A stretch of 56,670 bases of DNA. Origin: an uncultured Gammaproteobacteria bacterium. Its GTDB lineage: Bacteria; Patescibacteriota; Microgenomatia; UBA10105; UBA927. Shown piece after piece: positions 1 through 8,779 of the stretch. Where the stretch lies: positions 1 to 56,670 of the forward strand of contig CAZKLT010000007.1 in NCBI GenBank assembly GCA_964553825.1, written 5' to 3'. The notes below the pieces were generated by a model. The model worked only from the letters and a program-made list of their open reading frames with translations. It ran no database searches and was not told the DNA's origin. The translations under genes and the position numbers were made by a program. The number at the start of each line of letters is the position of its first letter. The first letter of the stretch is position 1.

Positions 1-533
1 GAGGTCACAGACCCGGCGGCGTTGCTAACTTTGACACTGTACTGTCCGGCGTCGCCGAGTGCGGCGTGCGGGATGGTATAGGTCGCGGTGTTGGCGCCAG
101 AGATGGGGTTACCGTTCTTCCGCCACTCGTACGTCAAGGGCGCAGTGCCGGTCGCGACGACCGTAAAGGTCGCGCTATCGTTTTCGTTCTTGGTCAGGTT
201 GGTCGGCTGGGTCGTAATGGTGGGTGCGACAGGGGCGGGCGGAGGCGGTGTTATCGGGCGAGGGGCGACGTTAACCGTGAGAGTGGCTTCATTTGAAAAG
301 ACCTCTCCCTTGGAGTTGCGTGCCTTTGCTTTGATAACTGCTCCGTCGTCCGTGTCTGAAACCGAGTTGAGGGTGTAGCTCAAGCCGGTCGCACCAGGGA
401 TTGCGCGTCCATCGCGGTACCAGGTAACGCGGGGCGCAGGGTTGCCAGCCACAGCAACTGAGACTGTGGCATTGTCGCCGACGTTTCTCACGTTATTGCG
501 GGGGTGGCGGGTAAATTTGGGCATGGTAGCCAT
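1..533 (-). CDS. Tandem immunoglobulin (I-set-like) domain protein, truncated by the window edge (not in ORF track)
   Basis: Hand translation from ATG 533: MATMPKFTRHPRN...VAGNPAPRVTWYRDG...DDGAVIKAKARNSKG...PTITTQPTNLT...GTAPLTYEWRKNG...DAGQYSVKVSNAAGSVTS; open to base 1; AGAGG SD upstream. Confidence 0.85.
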   Translation of the reverse strand, partial: MATMPKFTRHPRNNVRNVGDNATVSVAVAGNPAPRVTWYRDGRAIPGATGLSYTLNSVSDTDDGAVIKAKARNSKGEVFSNEATLTVNVAPRPITPPPPAPVAPTITTQPTNLTKNENDSATFTVVATGTAPLTYEWRKNGNPISGANTATYTIPHAALGDAGQYSVKVSNAAGSVT

Positions 534-1040
534 TTTTTGTGTCCTCTTTCTATAGGTAGATATGAATAGGATGGTTGTTGATCCTTCTCTGCGAATGCAG
601 ACAAGGCGACGTTGTACACCGCAATTTCTCGAATTGGGAGTCTGGGTGGCTAATGAAACCACTTTACTCATCGCAGAAATTTTTGGCGTCGAACAGTACT
701 CCCTTCGTTGGTTGGGCACATCACGACGTGACGTGTGTATACTGTTCTGCATCCCCCAAACTCTTGCTCAATCTCGTTGCGCTTCCCAATGTTGCTACAA
801 ACAATAACTGGATTGGGATATCCAGGAATTTCCGATCCGCTGCTGCGGAGCAGAAAATCCTGGACACCGTTCCAGCTATTCCCAAAATTACGCAAATCCC
901 TTTCCATTACGGAAAGTAAAATTATCCAACAAACTAAAATTTGAATGTGCTTGGGAACCAGATAATGACATGCTTTCTGTCGAGTTGCCTCGGCATTGGA
1001 CATATCACATCCAGAACCCGATTTCGACGGCACACCTGTC

Positions 1041-1127
1041 AGAGCGCAATGCTCTTCCCGTGTACCGGGCGAAAGTCCGACCGTGAGGTCGGGAGAAAGC
1101 GTTGTGTCAGACAGCGCTTCCTTCCGA
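1041..1127 (+). ncRNA. Candidate structured RNA (GNRA-capped hairpins), family unknown
   Basis: GGGC-GAAA-GTCC, CCGACC-GTGA-GGTCGG, AGAGC-GCAAT-GCTCT and a long stem 1091-1125, followed by a terminator. Confidence 0.35.
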
Positions 1128-1163
1128 TCTCAACCCTTCTTCCGTCAATCGTAATGTGCAAAC

Positions 1164-1189
1164 AAAAACCGGCATCTCTGCCGGTTTTT
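1164..1189. terminator. Bidirectional intrinsic terminator
   Basis: AAAAACCGGCA-TCTC-TGCCGGTTTTT perfect inverted repeat. Confidence 0.8.
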
Positions 1190-1241
1190 GAACATTACTA
1201 TTGCGATTCGTATGGTTCCTCGGCAGAGGAGTATTTATTGT

Positions 1242-1320
1242 TGTCATCCCGGACCCCGATCCGGGATCCGTTACATGTGCAATGCGAACGCATGGATTCC
1301 GGGTCATGCCCGGAATGACA
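1242..1320. repeat. GTCAT...ATGAC (CGTC-type) REP-like double-hairpin element
   Basis: TGTCATCCCGGACCCCGATCCGGGATCC...GGATTCCGGGTCATGCCCGGAATGACA, abutting the stop of the adjacent CDS. Confidence 0.75.
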
Positions 1321-1983
1321 TTACGAACGCTTCTTCAAAAGAGCTGCTCCGCCAAGTCCTACACCCAAGAAGGGGAGGATAAGGGCAAAGTCGTTAAATC
1401 CAGCAACCGGCAGGTTGGTCACGACTTCACCGTTTTTCAAACAAATCTGTGCACTGTCTGAGTCGAAACGATTCTCCGCGCGAACCTCAGCGACGTTGGT
1501 GACACAAAACAGGCTCTTGCCAGCAGGGAAGCGACTTGCGTCAACGACCTTGGCAATGATTTCCACTGTTCGCTCTTCTTTCCCGAAATTATCGAGTGTG
1601 AAGGTAAGCGCTCGTGTAGAAGCATCGTATGAGCCGGGTCCGGATACGAACTCCAGGTAAGGAGGAAGCGTATCTTTCACCGTTACTGTCTTAAAGGTTA
1701 CGTCAGATGTATTTTTGATAACCAATCGGTACAAGACTTCAGCTCCGGCCTGGAAGGTCGGATCAGTAGTCGTCAGGTTATCGACATAGACGACAGAAAC
1801 GCCGCCCTTAGAATCACCCTCTACCGGCTTGGCGACTTGCTTGTTAATGGTAAGGTCTGAAGGAACACAGGTAACCGTTCCGCCATACTGTGTGGTACAC
1901 ATGTCCGCAGAAACTGACGGCGCAAAGGTGGCCATCGCGGCGAGAACTACAGAAGAGATCAAAGCTTTATGGTTTGTTTTCAT
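1321..1983 (-). CDS. Secreted DUF11-like (conserved repeat) surface protein with C-terminal LPxAG sorting signal
   Basis: Signal peptide (PSVSA-D), LTINKQV/YRLVIKNT/VTVKDTLPPYLEFVSG/VTNVAEV DUF11-like pattern, tail LPVAG + hydrophobic stretch + KKRS. Confidence 0.8.
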   Translation of the reverse strand: MKTNHKALISSVVLAAMATFAPSVSADMCTTQYGGTVTCVPSDLTINKQVAKPVEGDSKGGVSVVYVDNLTTTDPTFQAGAEVLYRLVIKNTSDVTFKTVTVKDTLPPYLEFVSGPGSYDASTRALTFTLDNFGKEERTVEIIAKVVDASRFPAGKSLFCVTNVAEVRAENRFDSDSAQICLKNGEVVTNLPVAGFNDFALILPFLGVGLGGAALLKKRS

Positions 1984-2008
1984 AAGTGTCCTTTCGTACT
2001 AGATTGAT

Positions 2009-2037
2009 ACTATAACACACATGTAACCCTTTGTCAA
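2009..2037 (-). promoter_or_regulatory. Sigma70-type promoter
   Basis: TTGACA-17-TATAGT on minus strand upstream of ATG 1983. Confidence 0.75.
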
Positions 2038-2192
2038 GTATTATGGGCTATGTGCTGATTTTCTCACCGGTTAACGTTTGTTCACACGTAGGGAAATCAG
2101 GCGTCCTGGCGGTGAGAATAAGGTATATTCGCACGGGTGTGCTAGGACGTTGATTATGGCGAGATTGCATGGGTGCACGATGGCGCGGTACG

Positions 2193-2447
2193 TTATCGTT
2201 TGGTTTTCCGTCGGCCGAAATTGGACATGTTTTTCATCCCCTGGCGGAAGTTCCACCACTGTAACGCGGACAGAACAATCCACCAAAATCCGCCGATGCA
2301 GATGAAGTTGAGCGCGAGGGCGCCCAGCGTCTTGGGGATGATGGGCCATCGGATAAAGATGGTGATAACGATGGCGGCGGCAAGAACAACGTAGTACACC
2401 GTGTTGTTGTTCGGGCGTTTGGGTTGCGGGTTGTGCTGGTCTAACAT
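2193..2447 (-). CDS. Small two-TM membrane protein (84 aa)
   Basis: GGAG SD then MLDQHNPQPKRPNNNTVYYVVLAAAIV...; start trimmed from ORF 2193..2708. Confidence 0.65.
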   Translation of the reverse strand: MLDQHNPQPKRPNNNTVYYVVLAAAIVITIFIRWPIIPKTLGALALNFICIGGFWWIVLSALQWWNFRQGMKNMSNFGRRKTKR

Positions 2448-2632
2448 GGGTAAATTCTCCTGGGTTCTAAAAGTCGCCGGATGGCGCTCGTCTCGTGTCT
2501 CTGTTTCACACGCATACGGAGGCGCTGGCGTCTCAATATTCGCGTGAAACAATCCAATACAATCTGTTAAAGAGCAAGGTTCATACCTATCAAACGCATA
2601 TGTTTGTGGTACGAAATAGATCAAAAACGAGG

Positions 2633-3430
2633 CTAAATTGCCTGTTTTTGCTCTTCGATAAGATCGGCAAAGATGAGCAATCGTTGCGTGGTTGACCCTG
2701 GAGGCCAACAGGTCTGGAGGATAAGGTTGCGGGTTCCCACATTCGGATAGAGATACCCGCTGGATTTGGGAGATACCACTTTCTTGTCCGTAATTTTATA
2801 GGTGTATCGTTTGCCTTTGTACATAATGACGACCAGGTCATCGTTCTCCAGATTTTTGAGCAGGTAGAAAATAGCGTTGAGATCCTGTACAAACCAGTCG
2901 TAGTTTGTCGAATGGGAGAAGAGATAGACCGTGCCATCTTCATCCGGGAAAAACGACGTGGATGCGTGGGCAATACCCGTTTCAAGTGCAGCCTGGTATT
3001 CGTCCGGATTGGCCGGGTCGACATTGGCAACTACAGCAGCGTTGATGCCGACTTTGGGAACGATGAGTGCAAATTCTTCGTTCACCGGATCTATCGTGGC
3101 TCCGTCAGGCGTGGTAAGCGGCTCAAAGACGACGGGAACAGAAGCAGGGAGTACCGGCTCAGCGTTGGCCTGATCCTGGACGCGGGATTTGACCTGGGCA
3201 GTGTAATATCCGGCTTCAAGGCGAAGGGTAGGCAACAGAGGCCCAAGCATACCACCAAAGCCAAGGGCAAGGAATGCCATTCCGGCAAGCTGTCGCAGGC
3301 TCACTGCGTGAGCGGAGCTTAACGCGTTGAGGATAGGATTAGCCCGTCGGGGAGCCACGCGATACGTTCCGTGCATGGTGCAGTCTGCGTGGTCTTTGCA
3401 GTATTCGTAGATGATGCCCCATTCGTTCAT
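2633..3430 (-). CDS. Sortase
   Basis: N-terminal TM, LIVPKVGINAAV, FSHS (His), LILQTCWP (Cys), TQRL (Arg). Confidence 0.9.
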   Translation of the reverse strand: MNEWGIIYEYCKDHADCTMHGTYRVAPRRANPILNALSSAHAVSLRQLAGMAFLALGFGGMLGPLLPTLRLEAGYYTAQVKSRVQDQANAEPVLPASVPVVFEPLTTPDGATIDPVNEEFALIVPKVGINAAVVANVDPANPDEYQAALETGIAHASTSFFPDEDGTVYLFSHSTNYDWFVQDLNAIFYLLKNLENDDLVVIMYKGKRYTYKITDKKVVSPKSSGYLYPNVGTRNLILQTCWPPGSTTQRLLIFADLIEEQKQAI

Positions 3431-3438
3431 ATATGTTT

Positions 3439-3520
3439 TGTCATTCCGGCCTGCGAGCCGGAATCCATCGTATTGAGCATGGTTATGCTCAAATGAGCCT
3501 CCTGATCTAAGCCAGGATAG
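3439..3520. repeat. GTCAT-type REP-like element, second half degenerate
   Basis: TGTCATTCCGGCCTGCGAGCCGGAATCC, then inner hairpin TTGAGCAT-GGTT-ATGCTCAA. Confidence 0.6.
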
Positions 3521-3527
3521 TTGCGGA

Positions 3528-3556
3528 AGTATACACTATAGGACAGTATTTGTCAA
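3528..3556 (-). promoter_or_regulatory. Sigma70-type promoter of sortase
   Basis: TTGACA-17-TATACT with CCTATAGT in the spacer. Confidence 0.7.
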
Positions 3557-3638
3557 GGTATGCAGGGCTCCGGGGAGAGAGGGAAAGGGGAGACGATTGT
3601 CTCTCTTTTCCATCTCCCCGGAGATGCACCGAACCGTT

Positions 3639-4217
3639 TCAGGATGAATTTGCAATTTCGCTCTGCCACGCATCGTACTGGTTTATCCCAACAAGCAGAA
3701 TGATGACTGCATCGACGATGAGCCGTGCCGTGTCATTCTTGATCAGCGCGTTTGCGATGCAAACAAAGAGTCCGCCCAGCACGATCATAATGACGAGGTG
3801 CTTGAGAGCGCGTACAGCCCACGGGATGTATATGCCACCGACTTTGTCCACCAGGAATCGAACCAGATCGTGGTTGAACCGGTAATGATTCGCCGGGTTC
3901 CACCAGACGAGCAGTCCGGTCCCAAAGGCAAGCGCGGTCAGCCAGAGACTGATGACGAAAGCACCCAGGCCAAGTGCGCCCAGCGAGCAGACGATGAGCG
4001 TCAGCCATTGGGGTCCGGTCGGCCGGAGCGACAAATGACGTACGGCAATCCAGATGGTTCCTAAAACATAGACCAGGAAAACAAATATGCCTAACATGAG
4101 CGTTTCAAACCAGTCTTCAGCGACTCGGCTTGCAGCCCATAGGAGCATCATCCATACGGCAAAATCGGACAAGCCGTATAGGTCGAGATACGTGATTGGC
4201 TTTTGTTGGTTCTCCAT
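3639..4217 (-). CDS. Multi-pass membrane protein, unknown function (192 aa)
   Basis: AGGAG SD before MENQQKP; about six hydrophobic segments. Confidence 0.75.
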   Translation of the reverse strand: MENQQKPITYLDLYGLSDFAVWMMLLWAASRVAEDWFETLMLGIFVFLVYVLGTIWIAVRHLSLRPTGPQWLTLIVCSLGALGLGAFVISLWLTALAFGTGLLVWWNPANHYRFNHDLVRFLVDKVGGIYIPWAVRALKHLVIMIVLGGLFVCIANALIKNDTARLIVDAVIILLVGINQYDAWQSEIANSS

Positions 4218-4395
4218 GTGCACTCCTTGATGATTTTTTACCCCAGTTGATGGCTGGGAAACGACAACCTGCCGACATGCTATCGGTACGTTGCCGTTTC
4301 CCAAGATGGAGAACCATCCTGAATTGGTAAGGTGCGCAAAAAACGCAAAATCAGACGACAGCGGGCAAATCCGTTGCGTCCGGTTTAGCCGAACG

Positions 4396-4424
4396 AATAT
4401 ATACTATAGGGTAAAAAGAGTCAA
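4396..4424 (-). promoter_or_regulatory. Sigma70-type promoter
   Basis: TTGACT-17-TATATT with CCTATAGT in the spacer. Confidence 0.65.
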
Positions 4425-4430
4425 GCTGAG

Positions 4431-5135
4431 TTAGTGCTGTTGGATGATGCGTTGGGAGAGTTCATGCATGGCTTCCGTGGTGGAGAGATCACCCCAGTTC
4501 GGCGACATCGTTGTTGGCCAGACTTGAAACAGTTTGATCAACCGCGCTTCATCCAGAAGCCGGAGTGCCGCCTGGGAAATGGTATTATCCGGCCAATTCG
4601 GGAGTTCCGGAAGTATTGTCCCTTTATGGTCCAGTTGCACGTCTCGCACGATGCCCAATGGGGAAAATGTGTCATGCGTGACGATGAACAGTCGGTCAGT
4701 CGGAAAATAAGAAAGGCCCATATGGGTATGTAGATAGCCATCTTCACCGAAAACCTGCATCAGGAAGGCAAAACAGTCTTTGGTATCCGAAATTCCCAGC
4801 GGGATTGATCGATTCAGTGTAACGGAAATAAGGTTTTGGTCCTGCGGATAGATGAGCGCCTGCAGTTGAACGAATTTACGCTGTGCGGTTGTATGCAGCG
4901 TATCTACGCCGGCAAGAACCGTCGGTCCAAAATCGCTGGCCTGATACCGGACCACATACCACATATTGGGTTCCACCACTTCCAGTTTCGTGACATCAGA
5001 GGGCTGTGGCGTGAACGTGTCCGGCAGGTACCCGGCCTTCTGAAATTCACGCGTTGCGGATACCGCAGCGACGCGATGTGAGCTGTCCACAAAGAGATCA
5101 GTATGGTTGAGCGGGCCGTTCTGGTCGGGGGTCAT
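4431..5135 (-). CDS. Hypothetical protein (234 aa)
   Basis: Long ORF with globular composition and a promoter immediately upstream. Confidence 0.7.
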   Translation of the reverse strand: MTPDQNGPLNHTDLFVDSSHRVAAVSATREFQKAGYLPDTFTPQPSDVTKLEVVEPNMWYVVRYQASDFGPTVLAGVDTLHTTAQRKFVQLQALIYPQDQNLISVTLNRSIPLGISDTKDCFAFLMQVFGEDGYLHTHMGLSYFPTDRLFIVTHDTFSPLGIVRDVQLDHKGTILPELPNWPDNTISQAALRLLDEARLIKLFQVWPTTMSPNWGDLSTTEAMHELSQRIIQQH

Positions 5136-5146
5136 AATAGCGGGAA

Positions 5147-5175
5147 ATAATAAACTATAGGACGAGAAGAGTCAA
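5147..5175 (-). promoter_or_regulatory. Sigma70-type promoter
   Basis: TTGACT-17-TATTAT with CCTATAGT in the spacer. Confidence 0.6.
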
Positions 5176-5285
5176 GAGGATGCGCGGCTCCAGGGCGAAG
5201 TGAGAATGTAAAAAGAATAAGGTATTCTGACTTCACCCTGGAACGGATGCACCAACAGTGAATGCGTCGATGAAGGTGGGCCAAG

Positions 5286-5630
5286 CTAGGGCGTCCAAAA
5301 CCAGTTGTCTGCGCCGGTCAGTGCGATGTAGCCCAGTTCGAGCGAAATGAGAATGAGAAGCAGGAGCTCGAATCTGTACCATCGCAAGTCCGTTTCGTTT
5401 GCCCCCTTGAGGCTGGCAAATCCGGTCATAGCCTGGCCGAGAAGAAAGATTACTGCGGCAACGCCGACACCGACAAAGCCGATGTAGCCGCTCACAGCTA
5501 GACACCCCCCGATGACGATCAGCGTCACCATGAGGACGATGTTGGTCGTCCGGTAGCGACGGATGATCCGCAACTGCGTTGTGACCGCCTGGATCACTCT
5601 TTGCGATACGTCGAGCGTGTTGTCCGTCAT
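5286..5630 (-). CDS. Small membrane protein (114 aa)
   Basis: AAGGAG SD; three hydrophobic segments. Confidence 0.75.
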   Translation of the reverse strand: MTDNTLDVSQRVIQAVTTQLRIIRRYRTTNIVLMVTLIVIGGCLAVSGYIGFVGVGVAAVIFLLGQAMTGFASLKGANETDLRWYRFELLLLILISLELGYIALTGADNWFWTP

Positions 5631-5867
5631 TGCTGTCTCCTTTCTCGAATTCTGAAAGACAACGACAGACCGATGAGCGAATCATCTGCATATCGCTGTC
5701 TTTCAGTGGCACAGCATTCACGATGAGAAGGTGCGAAATAAGTTCAGCGCTATACGGTGGGCATATCCACGATACGCGATGGAACGTGCGGGAAGTGTAT
5801 CACTATACCGCGCGATGGGTCAATGGAAAAAGGCAAGAATTGTTCCTTTTTGCCTTAGATTGATGCG

Positions 5868-6260
5868 TTATGAGCGGTTATTTGTTGCGCTAAATATCGT
5901 GGTGGAAACGGGTGTTTGTGTGGATTCTTTCAAAAACCAGTTGAAAAGATTGATGCGGATTATTGAGAGAGCCACGTCTGCATCGCGGGGATCTTTTACG
6001 AGTTTCCCGTTTTTTTCCTGGATATAGGCAAACCTGCCGCGAAATTCCTGTGCCGCTTCCGGCGTATTCAAAAGACCGGCAATGATGGCAACCCCATGAG
6101 CGGGGTACTGCGAAAATTCAACGTTGAACATATCACGGGCCGTTTCCCAGTTTCCCTGGGCATCTTCAAGGATTTCGCTTACCCGATTCACCCACGGCCG
6201 CCATGGTTCACCAAGGGATGGGTCATCATCAGGATATGTTGTCTGGATTGCTTCTAACAT
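5868..6260 (-). CDS. Hypothetical protein (130 aa)
   Basis: Probable start MLEAIQTT within ORF 5868..6380. Confidence 0.6.
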   Translation of the reverse strand: MLEAIQTTYPDDDPSLGEPWRPWVNRVSEILEDAQGNWETARDMFNVEFSQYPAHGVAIIAGLLNTPEAAQEFRGRFAYIQEKNGKLVKDPRDADVALSIIRINLFNWFLKESTQTPVSTTIFSATNNRS

Positions 6261-6346
6261 AAAAATCCCCACAAAGGGAAAACATATTATACAACGACCG
6301 TGGGACAGATTACAGTTTGGAGCGGTAAAATAGTGAGAATGAGCGA

Positions 6347-6727
6347 TTATTCCGAGGTGTTTTTCCCGCTGCCCGTCCACACGAGATCGACATCCCGGGC
6401 AGATGCTTTTTTGGCTAGCGTTGCCGCTGCGTCATATTGGCCTTGCTGGATAAGATTGCGCACATTTTCGAGTGCCTGACTTGTGACGTTTTTCTCATAA
6501 TCACGCACGTGCGGAAGGACTATTGGGGCCAGTTCTGGCATGGTGTCATCAAGTGTGGGGATAGCGCGGTAGAGTTCTTCAAACGACATACCCACGCGTA
6601 GGACGTCCAGCGCGCGTTGTGCGATGGCTTTGGCGCGGGCCTCGTTGATTTCTCCGGATTCCATCTTCGTTTGGAGAAATTCCACGACTTCCAGCTCTAT
6701 TTGTTCTCGCAGTTCATCGGGGGTCAT
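6347..6727 (-). CDS. Hypothetical helical protein (126 aa), probably leaderless
   Basis: MTPDELREQIELEVVEFL...; TATACT lies 6 nt before ATG 6727. Confidence 0.75.
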   Translation of the reverse strand: MTPDELREQIELEVVEFLQTKMESGEINEARAKAIAQRALDVLRVGMSFEELYRAIPTLDDTMPELAPIVLPHVRDYEKNVTSQALENVRNLIQQGQYDAAATLAKKASARDVDLVWTGSGKNTSE

Positions 6728-6931
6728 AGAATCAGTATACATGAGATTGCGTGGAGAAAAAATAATGACAACCGGAGCGAGCAACAGAACAAAAAAATGG
6801 TATGAAGCGCGGTGCTTCAGGTTTTTTTGAACATGTGCCCACCCCTCACTGTGGCCCGAGGATTCTTCCCATGAAGAAGGTCACACGTGCGTGAGGGGGT
6901 TGGAAATCAGATCATGTTGGATTAAGCGTGG

Positions 6932-7147
6932 CTATAGTTCCACGTCTTGTCGTCCGCGTTGGAGCAGGTAGCCAATCAGATTGACTAACTGGAGCGTGAC
7001 GACAATCACGATCGCGACGATTGCAATCGTAACCTGCCCTACGCTCAGCCCGATGCCGACAATGATCCAAATGACCACGAGGGGGAGGGCGAGTATGAGT
7101 GCGCCTTTTGCTCCCTTCCTCAGGTTCAGTTTGACCCTGATTTTCAT
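6932..7147 (-). CDS. Small two-TM membrane protein (71 aa)
   Basis: AAGGAGG SD; basic N-terminus, then a hydrophobic hairpin. Confidence 0.75.
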   Translation of the reverse strand: MKIRVKLNLRKGAKGALILALPLVVIWIIVGIGLSVGQVTIAIVAIVIVVTLQLVNLIGYLLQRGRQDVEL

Positions 7148-7292
7148 GAGATGCCTCCTTTCCTTTATGAATGGATATCCTCTGTGTTCCTGTAGGAGTC
7201 AGGCGATAGTAATGTATCGACTCGCTGCTACAGGAATGAGGATGGAGGGCTCCGGTTGTCAAAGAGCTATCGGAAGTCCGATAGAGAGTTGG

Positions 7293-7365
7293 AGTATAAA
7301 GCGTTCACTATAGGTTGTCAATAAAGGCCTATAGCCTTGACAAACATGCCTATATATGGTAGTCT
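7293..7365. promoter_or_regulatory. Back-to-back divergent sigma70 promoters
   Basis: Minus: TTGACA(7321-7316)-17-TATACT; plus: TTGACA(7337-7342)-17-TAGTCT with TG extension. Confidence 0.7.
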
Positions 7366-7735
7366 AGTGCCCTTGCCCAACTGCCGTGGGGAGTGTTTGC
7401 ACGTTAATAAATCCGTGTCCTATGGATTCTGGAGGAGATGAATACTCCCATTGCGGGACCGTTTCGTCTCTTGCACATCCATAGTAATACGGCATAGGAA
7501 ATCAACATAATGTGTTCATGAATGCACTTCGCGGTAGAGAAGATGAGGCTAAACTCGTCTTTTGTAGCGCGAAGTGTACGTTTTTCGCGAAACGCGTTTC
7601 CCGAAGAATTTTATCAATCCACCCAACCAAGGAGGCACCGAAAAAAAGCAATTAAGGCACGACCCAGTTCGACAAGGTACGAAAAATCAACCTCAAAATC
7701 CTCGCAAGAGGCGCGTAAGGAGCGCGAAAAACATC

Positions 7736-8587
7736 ATGAAACACATTAAACGTTTGTTTGGTAAGTTAGCAATGCTCGTCATCGTCGCCGCCCTGTTGCT
7801 CGCCGGAGTTTTCGGCGGCTATCATGGCGTGAAAGCCGCGTCCGGCACTGTGGACCTCGTCGCCGTCGGCACGGGGCATCAGACGATGTACTACATCGGT
7901 CAGCCCGGCAACGGTTCCTGCACGTCGGTTCGTATCCCGCTCGTGGACACGCTCAGCGACACCGCCACGTTCACCCTGCGCCCGCACACCATGGTCACCC
8001 TGATTGAGACCAACTGGGGCGATTACTGGAAGGTCGTCAACGGCGCGGCGGTCGCAAGCGCGGATGTGGTCGTGACCGGTCTGAACGCGGACTTTACCGC
8101 CAGCGGCGCCGTCACTGTGACGTTGCCCGCAGGTATGTCCCGCGACGTGAAGGTGTGCTACAAGCACCTTGGCACTTCCGCGACGGATACCACATGGCGC
8201 GCGTATGGTCTCGGCTCGGCTCCGGCGGCAAATGTCGTGAAACTCCCGTTTAAGGACCATGTGGTGTACAACCACACCGTGGACCTGAATGCGGACGAAC
8301 ACAACTTCCCCGGCGGCTTTGTCGCGTACAATGTCCCGACCGATGCGACGAGCATCACCTTCACGACCTACGACCAGACTGAAGTGTCCGCCGTCGTCTT
8401 CGGCAAAGACATCACGGTGCCCATGACCATGGACTGCACCGCGAATGTCTGCACGGCGACCTTCCCTGAAGGCACCACGCGCGCCGACTGGTCGGCCCCC
8501 CAGGTCTTCTATGACTGGGATGGCACCGGAACGGAACCCGCCACGACTGGCATCAATGTCACCGCGACCAATGCCATGACGCCATAG
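7736..8587 (+). CDS. Secreted beta-rich surface protein, unknown function (283 aa)
   Basis: AAGGAG SD; signal peptide MKHIKRLFGKLAMLVIVAALLLAG...VKA; Thr/Val/Gly-rich. Confidence 0.8.
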   Translation: MKHIKRLFGKLAMLVIVAALLLAGVFGGYHGVKAASGTVDLVAVGTGHQTMYYIGQPGNGSCTSVRIPLVDTLSDTATFTLRPHTMVTLIETNWGDYWKVVNGAAVASADVVVTGLNADFTASGAVTVTLPAGMSRDVKVCYKHLGTSATDTTWRAYGLGSAPAANVVKLPFKDHVVYNHTVDLNADEHNFPGGFVAYNVPTDATSITFTTYDQTEVSAVVFGKDITVPMTMDCTANVCTATFPEGTTRADWSAPQVFYDWDGTGTEPATTGINVTATNAMTP

Positions 8588-8606
8588 GCAACAGACCATC
8601 TGGATA

Positions 8607-8643
8607 AAAATGATTGCCCGGCCCTGGTTCGGGCAATCATTTC
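8607..8643. terminator. Intrinsic terminator
   Basis: AAAATGATTGCCCG-9nt-CGGGCAATCATTTT. Confidence 0.8.
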
Positions 8644-8779
8644 TCCCAGAACACAGCGGGATTTACGTTTACTCTCACGAGTTTACTTAAATCACATAGA
8701 TTTCCTATGCCGCTGTTCCCAGTCTCGATATTTATCGGGGCTGAGAACAGCGCAAAACACTATTTGTTATACTTACCCC

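Noticed and set aside
562-1033. ORFs 562..807, 575..919, 735..944 and full-length 668..1033 as genes
   Set aside because: Overlapping frames, no SD or promoter, no recognisable motifs; none stands out
1009-1080. RNase P RNA (GAAAGTCC and CAGAACCCG words)
   Set aside because: The two words occur in the wrong order and the other conserved regions are absent
1067-1125. c-di-GMP-I (GEMM) riboswitch call
   Set aside because: Junction lacks GACGCAAAG/GGCAAA spacing, and no same-strand downstream gene; kept only as an unknown RNA
4431-5135. JAB/MPN metalloprotease (HTH...D)
   Set aside because: Spacing after HTH does not give the HxH-x7-S-x2-D motif
7385-7462. yybP-ykoY manganese riboswitch
   Set aside because: GGGGAGT and GCGGGACC are only partial matches and the P1 closing helix does not form
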